From IMG/VR virus record IMGVR_UViG_3300048577_000342: 64,000 nt of DNA, one strand, 5' to 3'. The notes beneath the pieces are model-generated. The model saw only the letters and a program-made list of their open reading frames with translations. It ran no database searches and had not been told where the DNA came from. Shown in pieces: positions 45,971 through 55,303 of the stretch. Each line of letters opens with the position of its first letter. Position 1 is the first letter of the stretch. The position numbers and the translations under genes were made by a program. This stretch comes from a virus.

Positions 45971-46266
45971 CCGGCGGCGCTCCGGTTCAGCTGTTCCATG
46001 GTGAGGCGGGTGGCGCGCAGGAGGGGCGGCCAGGCCACCTCCATGAGCACCACGACATCGGCGACGGGCGCGGCCTTGCCGGTGCTGGCCTGGGCCTTCG
46101 CCACGGCGGTCTGGACGGCCACGAGAACGAGGGCGAGGTCGTTCAGCAGGTCGGTGGCCGTGGCGCCGGGGCGGGCCGCGGCATAGGCGTTGATCCAGGG
46201 CTGCACCTCGGCGAGCAGGGCCGATTCCAGCTCACCCTGCAGGCAGGCGACGGGGGCGGCGGTCAC
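45967..46266 (-). CDS. Phage hypothetical protein
   Basis: Homolog of 5014-5313. Confidence 0.7.
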   Translation of the reverse strand: MTAAPVACLQGELESALLAEVQPWINAYAAARPGATATDLLNDLALVLVAVQTAVAKAQASTGKAAPVADVVVLMEVAWPPLLRATRLTMEQLNRSAAG

Positions 46267-46673
46267 GCGGCCCTCTCGACGCCGAAGGCGATGTCCATGT
46301 CGGTGAGGTCCGGCTCGCGGACGTCGGGGGCGAGGCGGGCGAGGGCGCAGTCGACGAGGTCGATGTCACCGGCGTCGGACTCGGCGTGGTCGGCGCGGAT
46401 GGCGCCGGCGGTGCGGGCGACCTCGGCCAGCTCGGCGTCCAGCCTATCCCAGTCGCGGGCGAGGTCGGCCTGGTGGGCCTTCACCTGCTCCAGCCGCCAG
46501 CCGAGGCGGGTGAGGTCGGTTTCGGTGCAGTCGCCCTTCTCGGCGGCGATGCGGCGGCCGTCCTCGTCCATGCGGGCGGCGACGGCGGTCGGGTCGGCCA
46601 TGAAGGCGCGGGGGTTCGGCCAGCCCTCGGGCAGCCTGTGGTCAGAGGGGGAGAGATAGGCTTGCAGGCACAT
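46263..46673 (-). CDS. Phage hypothetical protein
   Basis: Homolog of 5310-5675. Confidence 0.7.
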   Translation of the reverse strand: MCLQAYLSPSDHRLPEGWPNPRAFMADPTAVAARMDEDGRRIAAEKGDCTETDLTRLGWRLEQVKAHQADLARDWDRLDAELAEVARTAGAIRADHAESDAGDIDLVDCALARLAPDVREPDLTDMDIAFGVERAA

Positions 46674-46720
46674 GACGGCCTCCTGGGGCGAAACGGGAAA
46701 TGTCGGGAAAGGGATGGGGG

Positions 46721-46975
46721 TCAGCCGATGCGCCAGACGCGCACGCCGTCCTCGACCTGGCGGGTCGTGAACTTGCGGCCGGTGGCGGCGCGGTAGCGCC
46801 TCGCGCGCTCGGCCACGAAGGCCTGCTTGTGCTTCCGGCGGGCGTGGAAGGTCTCGCTGGGCGAGGCGGGAACGGGGACGAGGAAGGAGTCGCCCTCCTT
46901 CATCTCGGCGAAGGGATAGACCCGCTTGCTCGCGTTCAGGTCAGGGACGGGAATGCCGGTTTCGATGGGGAGCAC
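46721..46975 (-). CDS. Small phage protein, possibly DNA-binding
   Basis: YPFAEMKEGDSF...GVRVWR; first gene after OL. Confidence 0.65.
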   Translation of the reverse strand: MLPIETGIPVPDLNASKRVYPFAEMKEGDSFLVPVPASPSETFHARRKHKQAFVAERARRYRAATGRKFTTRQVEDGVRVWRIG

Positions 46976-47012
46976 GGGTGCCTCCTCGGTGACGATGACC
47001 GGGAGGCTAATG

Positions 47013-47047
47013 CAATCAGATTTTGATTGTCAATCAGATTATGATTG
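47013..47047. promoter_or_regulatory. OL operators of phage B (two 17-bp palindromes)
   Basis: CAATCAGATTTTGATTG at 47013 and CAATCAGATTATGATTG at 47031. Confidence 0.85.
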
Positions 47048-47070
47048 ATAACGACAGTGGCGTTGATTGG

Positions 47071-47643
47071 TTACCATCTGCACGCGGTGCGCACATGGCG
47101 GATCCTGTGGCCGATGTGGGAAAGATCAATCGTGGCCTCGGTTGTGCCGAAAACGGTGTCGTGAACACGAATGGCGAGTTGCTTTGCGCCGATGAGGGAC
47201 TTGGCAAAAGGCGCAGCGCGGCGGGTGTCCCACAGTCCGATGGCGGAGTAGTCCGTCGATGCTGTCCAGTTTCTTGCGGTCACCGGTTGACGATCGTCGA
47301 TCCGATACACGATTGACGCCGAGCTGCCGGCCATCAACTCGCCGGGCATCCAAAGAGTCACTGACGTGCTGCGGTCATTGCAGCGGAAATCGAGGAATCC
47401 GGCTCTCCCGGGCTGAGGCTGCCCGCGCTGCGGGATGCGCAGGAAGGTCGAGGCCCGGAAGATTGCCCTCACCGTTCGCTTGCCGGTGATGTGGTCGGTG
47501 TTCTCCTGAAACTCCCAGCGGGGGTCTGTCTCGGGTTCAGTGGCGACGGCAGGATCAGCGGGTCGAGGTGAGGGAACTGGTGCTGCCAGGGCCGGCCCGG
47601 CCAGCGCCATCGCTACTGCGCACGACTGCATCAGCCTTCGCAT
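47071..47643 (-). CDS. Secreted/periplasmic protein co-oriented downstream of CI
   Basis: Signal peptide MRRLMQSCAVAMALAGPALA; FRCND, YRIDD; start moved to 47643. Confidence 0.65.
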   Translation of the reverse strand: MRRLMQSCAVAMALAGPALAAPVPSPRPADPAVATEPETDPRWEFQENTDHITGKRTVRAIFRASTFLRIPQRGQPQPGRAGFLDFRCNDRSTSVTLWMPGELMAGSSASIVYRIDDRQPVTARNWTASTDYSAIGLWDTRRAAPFAKSLIGAKQLAIRVHDTVFGTTEATIDLSHIGHRIRHVRTACRW

Positions 47644-47656
47644 CCGTACCTCCATC

Positions 47657-48295
47657 TCACATCGAGATGATGCTCTTGCGAACCCGACCGATGATGACGG
47701 GCTCTGCCCCCGCTCGCAACTTGAACGGCTTATGCTCCGGGTTGGTCGAAACCGGAGCCCACTCGTTCGGTGGCCTATAACGTTTGTAAGTCGCACTGCC
47801 GTCGTGATCGGCGATGACATAGCAGGCGTTCGGTACCAGTCGGCGGTCGCGACGATTCACCAGGATGATCGAGTCGGGCGGGGATATTCGATCCATCGAA
47901 TCGCCTTGCACTCGCAGCGCAATCCAGTCGCCACCTTCATCTAGGTCTGGACCGGAGACGCGGGGTGCATCGGCGTACTGCTCGATGGCTTCGGTCTGCC
48001 CAAGTGGGCCGGCACTGACCCACGAGATGAGGGGCACGTCCAGTGCGACGCCCCTACTGTGGTTGTCCGGCGTCGTCATGTCGCCTCGGCCGAAGCGCAG
48101 CCAGGCTGGCTCGACCCTTAGCACGCGGGCGAGTTTCTCGACGTGCTGGTCGAATGAGATGTCCTCATTCGGGTTTTCGTAGTGCCGGTAGGTCGGCACG
48201 GCGATGCCAGCGAGGCGCGCCAGCTCGGCCATTGAGAGGCCGCGCTCGGTGCGGGCCTGTCGCAGCCTGTCGCGGGGGGTCTGCTGATTGCTCAT
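47657..48295 (-). CDS. CI-like repressor (HTH + S24)
   Basis: SMAELARLAGIAVPTYRHYEN; VQGDSM, ATYKR. Confidence 0.9.
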   Translation of the reverse strand: MSNQQTPRDRLRQARTERGLSMAELARLAGIAVPTYRHYENPNEDISFDQHVEKLARVLRVEPAWLRFGRGDMTTPDNHSRGVALDVPLISWVSAGPLGQTEAIEQYADAPRVSGPDLDEGGDWIALRVQGDSMDRISPPDSIILVNRRDRRLVPNACYVIADHDGSATYKRYRPPNEWAPVSTNPEHKPFKLRAGAEPVIIGRVRKSIISM

Positions 48296-48317
48296 GATTG
48301 GAAACTATTGACAAAGG

Positions 48318-48359
48318 CAATCAGAGTCTGATTGTAATGCATCAATCATTTTCTGATTG
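48318..48359. promoter_or_regulatory. OR operators of phage B (two 17-bp palindromes)
   Basis: CAATCAGAGTCTGATTG at 48318 and CAATCATTTTCTGATTG at 48343; TTGACA at 48308. Confidence 0.85.
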
Positions 48360-48366
48360 GTCCTGA

Positions 48367-48654
48367 ATGAACGCTTCACCCGCCACGCCCAAGCCGAAGT
48401 CGCGCATGCAGCGGGTGCGTGAGGCTATGGGCCTTTCGCAGGCCGCCATGGCACGGGAGCTTCGCATTTCGCAGCCGCTGGTCTGCGCCATCGAGAACGG
48501 AGCCGCGGAGTCGGGCCCGCTGTCCAAGCTCCTGGACATTCTCGAGTCCTCTGCCCTTCCCGTCGCCCCCGAGACCGACTTGCAGCCTGCGGCGGGCCCT
48601 TCGGCCGGCGCGACCGATGACGCACCGGCCGCTTTTTCAGGGAGGGCCGCATGA
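48367..48654 (+). CDS. Cro-like HTH regulator
   Basis: GLSQAAMARELRISQPLVCAIENG. Confidence 0.8.
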   Translation: MNASPATPKPKSRMQRVREAMGLSQAAMARELRISQPLVCAIENGAAESGPLSKLLDILESSALPVAPETDLQPAAGPSAGATDDAPAAFSGRAA

Positions 48655-49244
48655 GCGGGAAGCGCGACATCCAGAAGCGCTCGAAGGCCGTGCAGCCGAA
48701 GCGCGCGCGGCTCGAATACTTCAACAGCTTCCGACTGGGCGACGGCCCGCGGCAGGGCCTCGGCGTGGTCGCGAGCAATGCGGCGGCCATGGCCCTCCAG
48801 GGCGTGGCGAGCTTTGCGGGCACCTTCGCGGCGATGGAGGCCGGGCGGCGGCGTGACGCGATCATGATGAAGGCTCCGGTGGGGGGCGATGGACCTGAGA
48901 CTGCCCCGGCCGTTGCTGCCGGATCCGCGTTGCCGGCGACGGCCCATGCGCCGCCCGGCTCCCGATTCGATGCCGCGCGGTTTGCGGGCCGGGTGAAGCC
49001 GGGTGCCGTGCGCAACTTCCTGCGCAAGGAATTCGAGGGGCAGAAGCCGCACCTGCGGGTGGCGGCGCTGACCGGGATTCCGGAGGGCACGATCCGCAAC
49101 GCCATGGCCTGGAACGGGCCATCCGAGCTTTCCGGCGGGCACATGCTGCGCCTCGTCGCGGTGTTCGGGCCGGCCTTCCTCGCGGCAGTGCTGGATCCCG
49201 CGCCCGGCTGGGTGGCGGAGGCGGAAGGGGAGGGCGGCGCATGA
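48651..49244 (+). CDS. Phage protein in the CII position
   Basis: Homolog of 6768-7346. Confidence 0.6.
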   Translation: MSGKRDIQKRSKAVQPKRARLEYFNSFRLGDGPRQGLGVVASNAAAMALQGVASFAGTFAAMEAGRRRDAIMMKAPVGGDGPETAPAVAAGSALPATAHAPPGSRFDAARFAGRVKPGAVRNFLRKEFEGQKPHLRVAALTGIPEGTIRNAMAWNGPSELSGGHMLRLVAVFGPAFLAAVLDPAPGWVAEAEGEGGA

Positions 49245-49366
49245 CCGGTCCCCAGTACCGCGAGCCGGGCGACCCGCCCGACGGGGTTCTGAGCCCCGGC
49301 TTCATCATCTCCGTCTTCGTCGTCGGCGCGCTCGCCGCGCTGCTCTTCGCGTTCCTCGCCGCCTGA
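49241..49366 (+). CDS. 41-aa membrane peptide
   Basis: MTGPQYREPGDPPDGVLSPGFIISVFVVGALAALLFAFLAA; homolog of 7343-7468. Confidence 0.65.
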   Translation: MTGPQYREPGDPPDGVLSPGFIISVFVVGALAALLFAFLAA

Positions 49367-49395
49367 GGGCAGCGGGGCGTCCCAACCCCTCGGCC

Positions 49396-50250
49396 ATGGA
49401 GGCCCGCATGCAGACGCTCGACCTTTCCGCGGTCGCGATCCGGCCCGGTGACGCCTCGGCCGATCTCGGCGCCGCTCCGCAGCTGCAGTGGATCAAGATC
49501 GCGGATCTCGTCGTCGACGAGACCTACCAGCGGCCGGTGACCGATCAGGGCCGCCGCAGCATCCGCGCCATCGCCCTCCACTTCTCCTGGTCGCGCTTCG
49601 CGCCCGTCGTCGTCTCGCCGGTGGAGGGGGGGCGCTATGCCATCGTCGATGGCCAGCACCGCACCACGGCCGCGGCGCTGCGCGGCATCGAGAGCGTGCC
49701 CTGCGCCGTCATCATCGCCGACCGCAAGGGGCAGGCCGCGGCCTTCGCCGCGATCAACGGCAACGTCACGAAGATGTCGAGCCTGTCGCTCTACCGGGCG
49801 GGCCTGGCCGCCGGAGAGTCGCGAGCGGTGGCGATCAACCGGGTGTGCAAGCAGGCCGGCGTGATCGTGCTGCCCTATCCCAAAGCGGCCAAGACCATGG
49901 AGCGTGGCGAGACGCTGGCGCCGGCGATGATCTGGAAGGCCATGCAGATGTTCGGCGAGGCGGCGGTCATCGCCGGCCTCGAGGCGATCGTGAAGGCGGG
50001 TGACGGCAACCCGGGCTTCGTGCGGACGGAGCCGATCCTCGCCTATTCCGACGTGATGAAGCGCCATCCGGGCTGGGCCAACCACGACAGCCTTCTGGAC
50101 GTGCTCGACGACTTCGACCTGTCGGAGGCCTGGCGCCGCTGCCAGTTCATGGATCCCGGCGAGGGCAGGGCCCGCTGGAATACGCTGGGCGACCAGCTGG
50201 AGGCCTATCTCACCCGCACGCTCGGCGCTTCGGAGGCCAAGGCCGCATGA
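49396..50250 (+). CDS. ParB N-terminal-domain protein
   Basis: VDETYQR, YAIVDGQHR, AAAFAAIN. Confidence 0.75.
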   Translation: MEARMQTLDLSAVAIRPGDASADLGAAPQLQWIKIADLVVDETYQRPVTDQGRRSIRAIALHFSWSRFAPVVVSPVEGGRYAIVDGQHRTTAAALRGIESVPCAVIIADRKGQAAAFAAINGNVTKMSSLSLYRAGLAAGESRAVAINRVCKQAGVIVLPYPKAAKTMERGETLAPAMIWKAMQMFGEAAVIAGLEAIVKAGDGNPGFVRTEPILAYSDVMKRHPGWANHDSLLDVLDDFDLSEAWRRCQFMDPGEGRARWNTLGDQLEAYLTRTLGASEAKAA

Positions 50251-51449
50251 GCGACGCCGCACAAGCGATGCTCCCGATCCACCCGCTGGCGGAGCTGTTC
50301 CCGGCGATCGAAGGCGAGGCCTTCGACGCGCTGGTGGAGGACATTCGCCGGCATGGGCTGCATGAGGAAATCGTGCTGCTCGACGGCGCCATTCTCGACG
50401 GGCGCAACCGCTACCGGGCCTGCCTGATGGCCGGGGTGGAGCCGCACTTCGTCTCCTTCACCGGGCCCGCGGCGCCGCAGATCTTCGCCGGGCGCGACCC
50501 GCTGGACTTCGTGCTCTCGCGCAATCTCCACCGCCGGCACCTGAGCGAGAGCCAGAGGGCCATGGTGGCGGCGAAGCTGGCGACGCTCGGCGAGGGGCGG
50601 CCGGGCAAAACTCCGCAAATTTGCGGAGTTTCAACGACCCGCGCCTCCGAGCTGCTGAACGTGTCGAGCCGTTCTATCGAGACCGCCCGGCAGGTGCGCG
50701 AGCGCGGGGTTGGCGAGCTTTCCGCGGCTGTCGAGGCCGGCGACGTCTCGGTCTCGGCCGCTGCCGCCCTGGCGTCGCTGCCGCTGTCCGAGCAGGCCAT
50801 CATCGTGGCGCGGGGCAAGGCGGAGATCCTCGCCGCGGCCAAGCGCTTCCGCGACGAGAACACGGCCCGCAAGAAGGCGCTGAGGGCGGAGAAGGAAGCC
50901 CGCCTCGGCGCGAAGCAGCGGGCGCTGCCGGAGCGGCGCTATGGCGTGATCTATGCCGACCCGGAATGGCGCTTCGAAAACTGGAGCGACGAGACCGGCA
51001 TGGATCGCGCGCCGGAGAACCACTACCCGACCAGCGACCTCGAGACGATCTGCCAGCGCCACGTGGCGAGCATCGCGGCCGAGGACAGCGTGCTCTTCCT
51101 CTGGGCGACCGTGCCCATGCTGCCCGAGGCGCTCCAGGTGATGGCGCGCTGGGGCTTCACCTATCGCTCGCAGTTCTGCTGGGCGAAGGACCGGGCCGGG
51201 CTCGGCCGCTGGAACCGGAACCGGCACGAGCTGCTGCTGCTCGGCACGCGCGGCAGCCCGCCATGCCCGGCGCCCGGCACCCAGTGGGACAGCCTGATCA
51301 CCGCGCCGCTGGGGCGCCATTCCGAGAAGCCGGAGAACTTCCACCGGCTGATCGAGGACTACTTCCCGACCCTGCCGAAGATCGAGCTGAACGCCCGCAA
51401 GGCGCGGCCCGGCTGGGACGCGTGGGGCTTCGAGGCGGAGGCACCATGA
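50247..51449 (+). CDS. ParB-like/MT-A70 methyltransferase fusion
   Basis: IHPLAELFP, LDGRNRYRAC, NLHRRHL; YADPEW, LFLWAT, HSEKP. Confidence 0.85.
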   Translation: MSDAAQAMLPIHPLAELFPAIEGEAFDALVEDIRRHGLHEEIVLLDGAILDGRNRYRACLMAGVEPHFVSFTGPAAPQIFAGRDPLDFVLSRNLHRRHLSESQRAMVAAKLATLGEGRPGKTPQICGVSTTRASELLNVSSRSIETARQVRERGVGELSAAVEAGDVSVSAAAALASLPLSEQAIIVARGKAEILAAAKRFRDENTARKKALRAEKEARLGAKQRALPERRYGVIYADPEWRFENWSDETGMDRAPENHYPTSDLETICQRHVASIAAEDSVLFLWATVPMLPEALQVMARWGFTYRSQFCWAKDRAGLGRWNRNRHELLLLGTRGSPPCPAPGTQWDSLITAPLGRHSEKPENFHRLIEDYFPTLPKIELNARKARPGWDAWGFEAEAP

Positions 51450-51985
51450 CCGCCTTCGCCGAGCATGGTCATTTCGACGCCGCACGCTGGCTGGCGGCCT
51501 GCCTCGCCGACCCCGACGGCTTCGTCGAGGCCTCGGCGGAGATGGCGCAGCTCGCGGCCGAGCATGCCTATGGCCGGCGCTTCACCATTCACCCGTTCCG
51601 CCCGCCGGAGCACTTCACCGCCGGCCTCCTGACCGTCGACCGGCAAAGGGTCACCGGCGGGCAGATCTACGCCTCCTGGGCGATCGTGCCGACGCCGGAG
51701 GCCGGCGCGCCGGGCCTCGTGCCGGTGCTGCGGAAGTGGATGGGGCCGGCGATCGGCTCGCCCGGCTGGGTGCGGGTGGCGGGCTTCCTCGACACGGCGG
51801 CGGCCAAGGCGGGCCTGCGCGCCCTGCACATGGCCGGGCGGCGGGAGGGCGGCGGCCCGCCCGACTGGATGCGACCCGACGGAACGGCCGATGTCGGGGC
51901 CGTGGAGCGCGTGCTGATGGCGGAGGGGATGATGCCCGGCCGCCTCGGCGCCTCTGCAACCCGTGTCTATGCGTGGAGGCGATGA
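51446..51985 (+). CDS. Phage hypothetical protein
   Basis: ATGA-coupled; start moved to 51446. Confidence 0.55.
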   Translation: MTAFAEHGHFDAARWLAACLADPDGFVEASAEMAQLAAEHAYGRRFTIHPFRPPEHFTAGLLTVDRQRVTGGQIYASWAIVPTPEAGAPGLVPVLRKWMGPAIGSPGWVRVAGFLDTAAAKAGLRALHMAGRREGGGPPDWMRPDGTADVGAVERVLMAEGMMPGRLGASATRVYAWRR

Positions 51986-52518
51986 TGACGCGACCTGGTG
52001 GGAGTCCCTTTCGGCGTGACGCGGCGGCTGAGATGCGCGCCCGGGCGCTGGCGATCCGCCGCCAGCTGGACGCGCTGCGGGGAGAACTGGACACACTCGA
52101 GGAGCGGGCCGTGGCGGCCGAGGTGCACGCCGGGGCCAAGCCTGCCGAGTTGGCAGCCCCCCGCTTCACTCTGCAGCTGCGCCAGACGGCGCGGGAGGTC
52201 GGCATCAGCGTTGCGCAGCTCTGCGGGCCTTTCCGGGCCCGGGCCATGGTGGTGGCGCGCGACGAGCTCTACTGGCTCGGCGCGGTGCATTACGGTCTTT
52301 CGCTACCGCTGATCGGCCGGCTGATGGGCAACCGCGACCACACGACGGTTCTGCACGGCAAGCGGCGGGCCATGGCGGCCCTGAAGGCGGCAGGGCTCGC
52401 AGATGTCGAGGCCATGCTGGCCCTGACGCCTGCGGAGCGCCGGGCGATCATGATGGCGCATTTCGAGGCGACGAACGGCCGCTCGCAGGATGACCAGCGG
52501 GAAGGCGCCGGGGCATGA
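51982..52518 (+). CDS. Protein with a DnaA domain IV HTH
   Basis: LSLPLIGRLMGNRDHTTVLHG. Confidence 0.8.
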   Translation: MMTRPGGSPFRRDAAAEMRARALAIRRQLDALRGELDTLEERAVAAEVHAGAKPAELAAPRFTLQLRQTAREVGISVAQLCGPFRARAMVVARDELYWLGAVHYGLSLPLIGRLMGNRDHTTVLHGKRRAMAALKAAGLADVEAMLALTPAERRAIMMAHFEATNGRSQDDQREGAGA

Positions 52519-53612
52519 GCTTCAAGGCGGTCGGCTGGGCGATGGAGACCGGGCGGCGCATGGGCCGGGAGCTTCCCGCGCCGCTGCGCTGGCTGCTGGT
52601 CTGCGTCGCCGACCGGCAGAACGAGGACACAGGCTATACTTTCATCCGCCCGCGAAAACTTGCGGAAGACCATGGCAATTCGCTGGACTGGGTGAAGGGG
52701 GCGCTGCGCCAGCTGGAGCAGCTCGGCCTCATCGCCAGGGTGCGCCGGCTGAAGCCGGACGGCAGCCACGACACCTCCCTGCTCATCGTGCTGCACGACG
52801 ACGCGGCCCGCGCAAGGGCTGAGGAACTGGGCTGGACGCCGCCCCTGCCGGGCGCCCCGGACGAGGCGGAGGACGCCGAGGCCGAGACACAAGATGTGGG
52901 GGGGTGGGGTCCAAATCACCCCCACCCTACGAAAGTAGGGGGTAGGGGTGTGGCGGACCCCCAGGGTGGGGGTGAATCCACCCCCACCTCTATAGATGAA
53001 CCTGGAAGTGAACCTCTATCCCCCTTGCCCCCCTCGCGTGCGACGCGGGAGGCGGTGCCATCAGCGGGACAGCCCCTAGCGGTGGTGCCTTCGGGCAAGG
53101 GGCCAGCGAGCTGGCAGCCGGACGGCTGGAGCCCCGACACGGCCGGAGCGGATGCCTTCCTCGCCGGCTGGGAGCCGAAGACGGCGGGCGACCTGCCGGA
53201 GGTCGTGCGGCGGACATGGGCGAAACTTTCGGCCGAGGACCGGCGGCAGGCCGTGGCGCGGCTCGCCGACTGGCGGGCGCAGATGCGGCGGGAGGGCAAG
53301 CGCTTCGGCACGGCCAAGGCCTATCTGCGCGACAAGGCCTGGCAGGCGCTGGACCATGTGCGGGCTGGCCGCCGGGACGGCAGCGCCATGGCGGTGTTCT
53401 GGGTGCGGGAGGGCTCTGCCGAATGGGAGGCCTGGGCCCGGCACGAGGCCCGCGAGGGCCGGCGGATGGTCGGCTTTCCGTCGAAACACGAGGCCGGCGT
53501 CGGCCGCCACATGCCCTCGCTATGGCCGCCGCGGATGGCGGCTGCGGCGGGGAGCGGGCGCGATGTGCTGGCCGAGAGCCATGACGAGTTTGCGCGGGTC
53601 AGCGGGCTATGA
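52515..53612 (+). CDS. Phage replication initiator
   Basis: Homolog of 8780-9880. Confidence 0.75.
   Translation: MSFKAVGWAMETGRRMGRELPAPLRWLLVCVADRQNEDTGYTFIRPRKLAEDHGNSLDWVKGALRQLEQLGLIARVRRLKPDGSHDTSLLIVLHDDAARARAEELGWTPPLPGAPDEAEDAEAETQDVGGWGPNHPHPTKVGGRGVADPQGGGESTPTSIDEPGSEPLSPLPPSRATREAVPSAGQPLAVVPSGKGPASWQPDGWSPDTAGADAFLAGWEPKTAGDLPEVVRRTWAKLSAEDRRQAVARLADWRAQMRREGKRFGTAKAYLRDKAWQALDHVRAGRRDGSAMAVFWVREGSAEWEAWARHEAREGRRMVGFPSKHEAGVGRHMPSLWPPRMAAAAGSGRDVLAESHDEFARVSGL
52883..52998. repeat. Origin region of phage B (GGGGT-N6/7-ACCCC palindromes)
   Basis: ggggtccaaatcacccc, ggggtgtggcggacccc, ggggtgaatccacccc; same position in the gene as the A iterons. Confidence 0.6.
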
Positions 53613-54175
53613 GCGAGGGCGGGATGGACGAGAGTTGGGCGCCGGCGCGGTGGGTGAAGGGCTGCGACTGGAACTGGTATGTGGTCGCGACCATGCCGGG
53701 TTCGGAGGATCTCGCCTGCCGGACGATCGGCCGGCTCGGCATCGAAACCTATGTGCCGAAGGTGCTGGTGCAGGCGAAACACGGGCGGGTGATCCGCAAG
53801 GTGGAGCGGCCGGCGTTCCGCAGCTACGTCTTCGCGACCTTCTCGCTGGACGATCCTCGGTGGCCCGACATCGCCCGCTGCTTCGGCGTCTCGCGGATCC
53901 TGACGCTGGCCGATTCGGGGCGATTCGGTATTCCCGCGCCGCTGCCTGCCGGCTTGGTCGAGGCGATGAAAGCCGCCGGGACGATCGTCGTGCAGAAGCC
54001 GAAAGGCCCGCGATTCCAGAAGGGTGAGGAGGTTCGCGTGGTGGACGGCCCCTTCGCCGGCTTCCTGGCCAAGATCGCCAAACTTGACAGCCGCGGCCGT
54101 TGTGTCTTGCTTCTGCGCATCTTCGGCCGGGAGACGAGCGCCCGGCTGGAGCTAGCCCAAATCGCCAAGCGATGA
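53609..54175 (+). CDS. NusG-paralogue antiterminator
   Basis: WYVVATMP, PAFRSYVF, FQKGEEVRVVDGPFAG. Confidence 0.85.
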   Translation: MSEGGMDESWAPARWVKGCDWNWYVVATMPGSEDLACRTIGRLGIETYVPKVLVQAKHGRVIRKVERPAFRSYVFATFSLDDPRWPDIARCFGVSRILTLADSGRFGIPAPLPAGLVEAMKAAGTIVVQKPKGPRFQKGEEVRVVDGPFAGFLAKIAKLDSRGRCVLLLRIFGRETSARLELAQIAKR

Positions 54176-54281
54176 CTATGGCGAGGGTGGTGGACGAGCG
54201 GCAGGTGAGCGATTCACCCGACCGTGCGGGAGCATGAGATGGATACGACAAGCCCGGCCAGCGCGCCGGGCTTCGTCGTTT
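54171..54281 (+). terminator. Conserved structured late leader/terminator
   Basis: Homolog of 10438-10545. Confidence 0.65.
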
Positions 54282-54404
54282 CAGAGGCATAGGGCAGCGC
54301 CCTGCCTCGCCCGAACGGCACGGTGACGCCGCGCCCGGGATCGTTCGGGGGAGCGAGACAGGGCGGGGCGGGGCGCCCCTGCCGTCCCCCTGACCCCGGG
54401 TGCC

Positions 54405-54791
54405 ATGGCCCGCCTTCCGCGTCTCTCGCCGGCGATCGGTACATTGAAGCCAGCCGTGCCTGTGTCGGCCCATGACGGGCCGGAGCGGGACAGGTGGCGC
54501 TCCCAGCATCAGCCGTGGCGCGCCTGGTACAAGACGGCCCGTTGGCAGCGCATCAGGTGGGAGGTGCTGACCCGCGATCTGTTCACCTGCCAGTGCGGGT
54601 GCGGGACGATCGTCGCCGACACCTCGCAGCTCGTCTGCGATCACATCGACAGGCACAACGGCGATCCAGTGAAGTTCTGGAACGGTCCGTTCCAGACCCT
54701 GTGGAAGCCCTGCCACGACCGCAAGAAGCAGCGCGAAGAGCAGCAGACCCAGGGGGGTGGGTCAAAAGTCTGGCGGGGTGATCGCCTCTAG
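54405..54791 (+). CDS. Packaging HNH endonuclease
   Basis: WYKTARW, CDHIDRH, FQTLWKPCHD. Confidence 0.85.
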   Translation: MARLPRLSPAIGTLKPAVPVSAHDGPERDRWRSQHQPWRAWYKTARWQRIRWEVLTRDLFTCQCGCGTIVADTSQLVCDHIDRHNGDPVKFWNGPFQTLWKPCHDRKKQREEQQTQGGGSKVWRGDRL

Positions 54792-54796
54792 ACCCG
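54752..54796. other. Candidate cos region B
   Basis: GGGGGGTggGTCAAaaGTCTGGCG...CTAGACCCG. Confidence 0.5.
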
Positions 54797-54826
54797 CATT
54801 CCCCCCATCCGGAGATTTTTTCTTCC

Positions 54827-55303
54827 GTGAGCGACGATTTTTCCGCGCCAGATGCCGACAACAAGCCGCAGGAGGTCGATCGCGACCTCTTCGGAGCGCC
54901 TGTCGGCCAGATTCGCGAGCGCTGGGGTCGGCCTTCGTTCAAAAAAACGAAGGAAAATCAAGAACTTGTTGCGCTTCTGCGGGCGGACGGCTGGACGCAG
55001 GATCGCATCGCCGCCCATCTCGGCTGCGATACCAAGACGCTCGCAAAGTATTTTTCCCGGGAGCTCCAGTACGGCTCCGATCTCATCCGGGCGATGGCCC
55101 TCCAGGTCACGCTCCAGCGCATGCGCCAGGGCAACTCGGTCGCCACCGGCCGCCTCCTCGATCTCACTCTCGAGGCCGGCGGCGCCGCCGTCCCGCTCGC
55201 GCCGAAAGCCGACAAGCCCGCGCCCCTCGGCAAGAAGGAGGCAGCCAACGCCGACGCGCAGACCGCCCACAAGGGCACCGGATGGGGTGACCTTCTCCAG
55301 TGA
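54827..55303 (+). CDS. Probable terminase small subunit (HTH type)
   Basis: IAAHLGCDTKTLAKYF; between HNH and TerL; unlike the A TerS. Confidence 0.65.
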   Translation: MSDDFSAPDADNKPQEVDRDLFGAPVGQIRERWGRPSFKKTKENQELVALLRADGWTQDRIAAHLGCDTKTLAKYFSRELQYGSDLIRAMALQVTLQRMRQGNSVATGRLLDLTLEAGGAAVPLAPKADKPAPLGKKEAANADAQTAHKGTGWGDLLQ

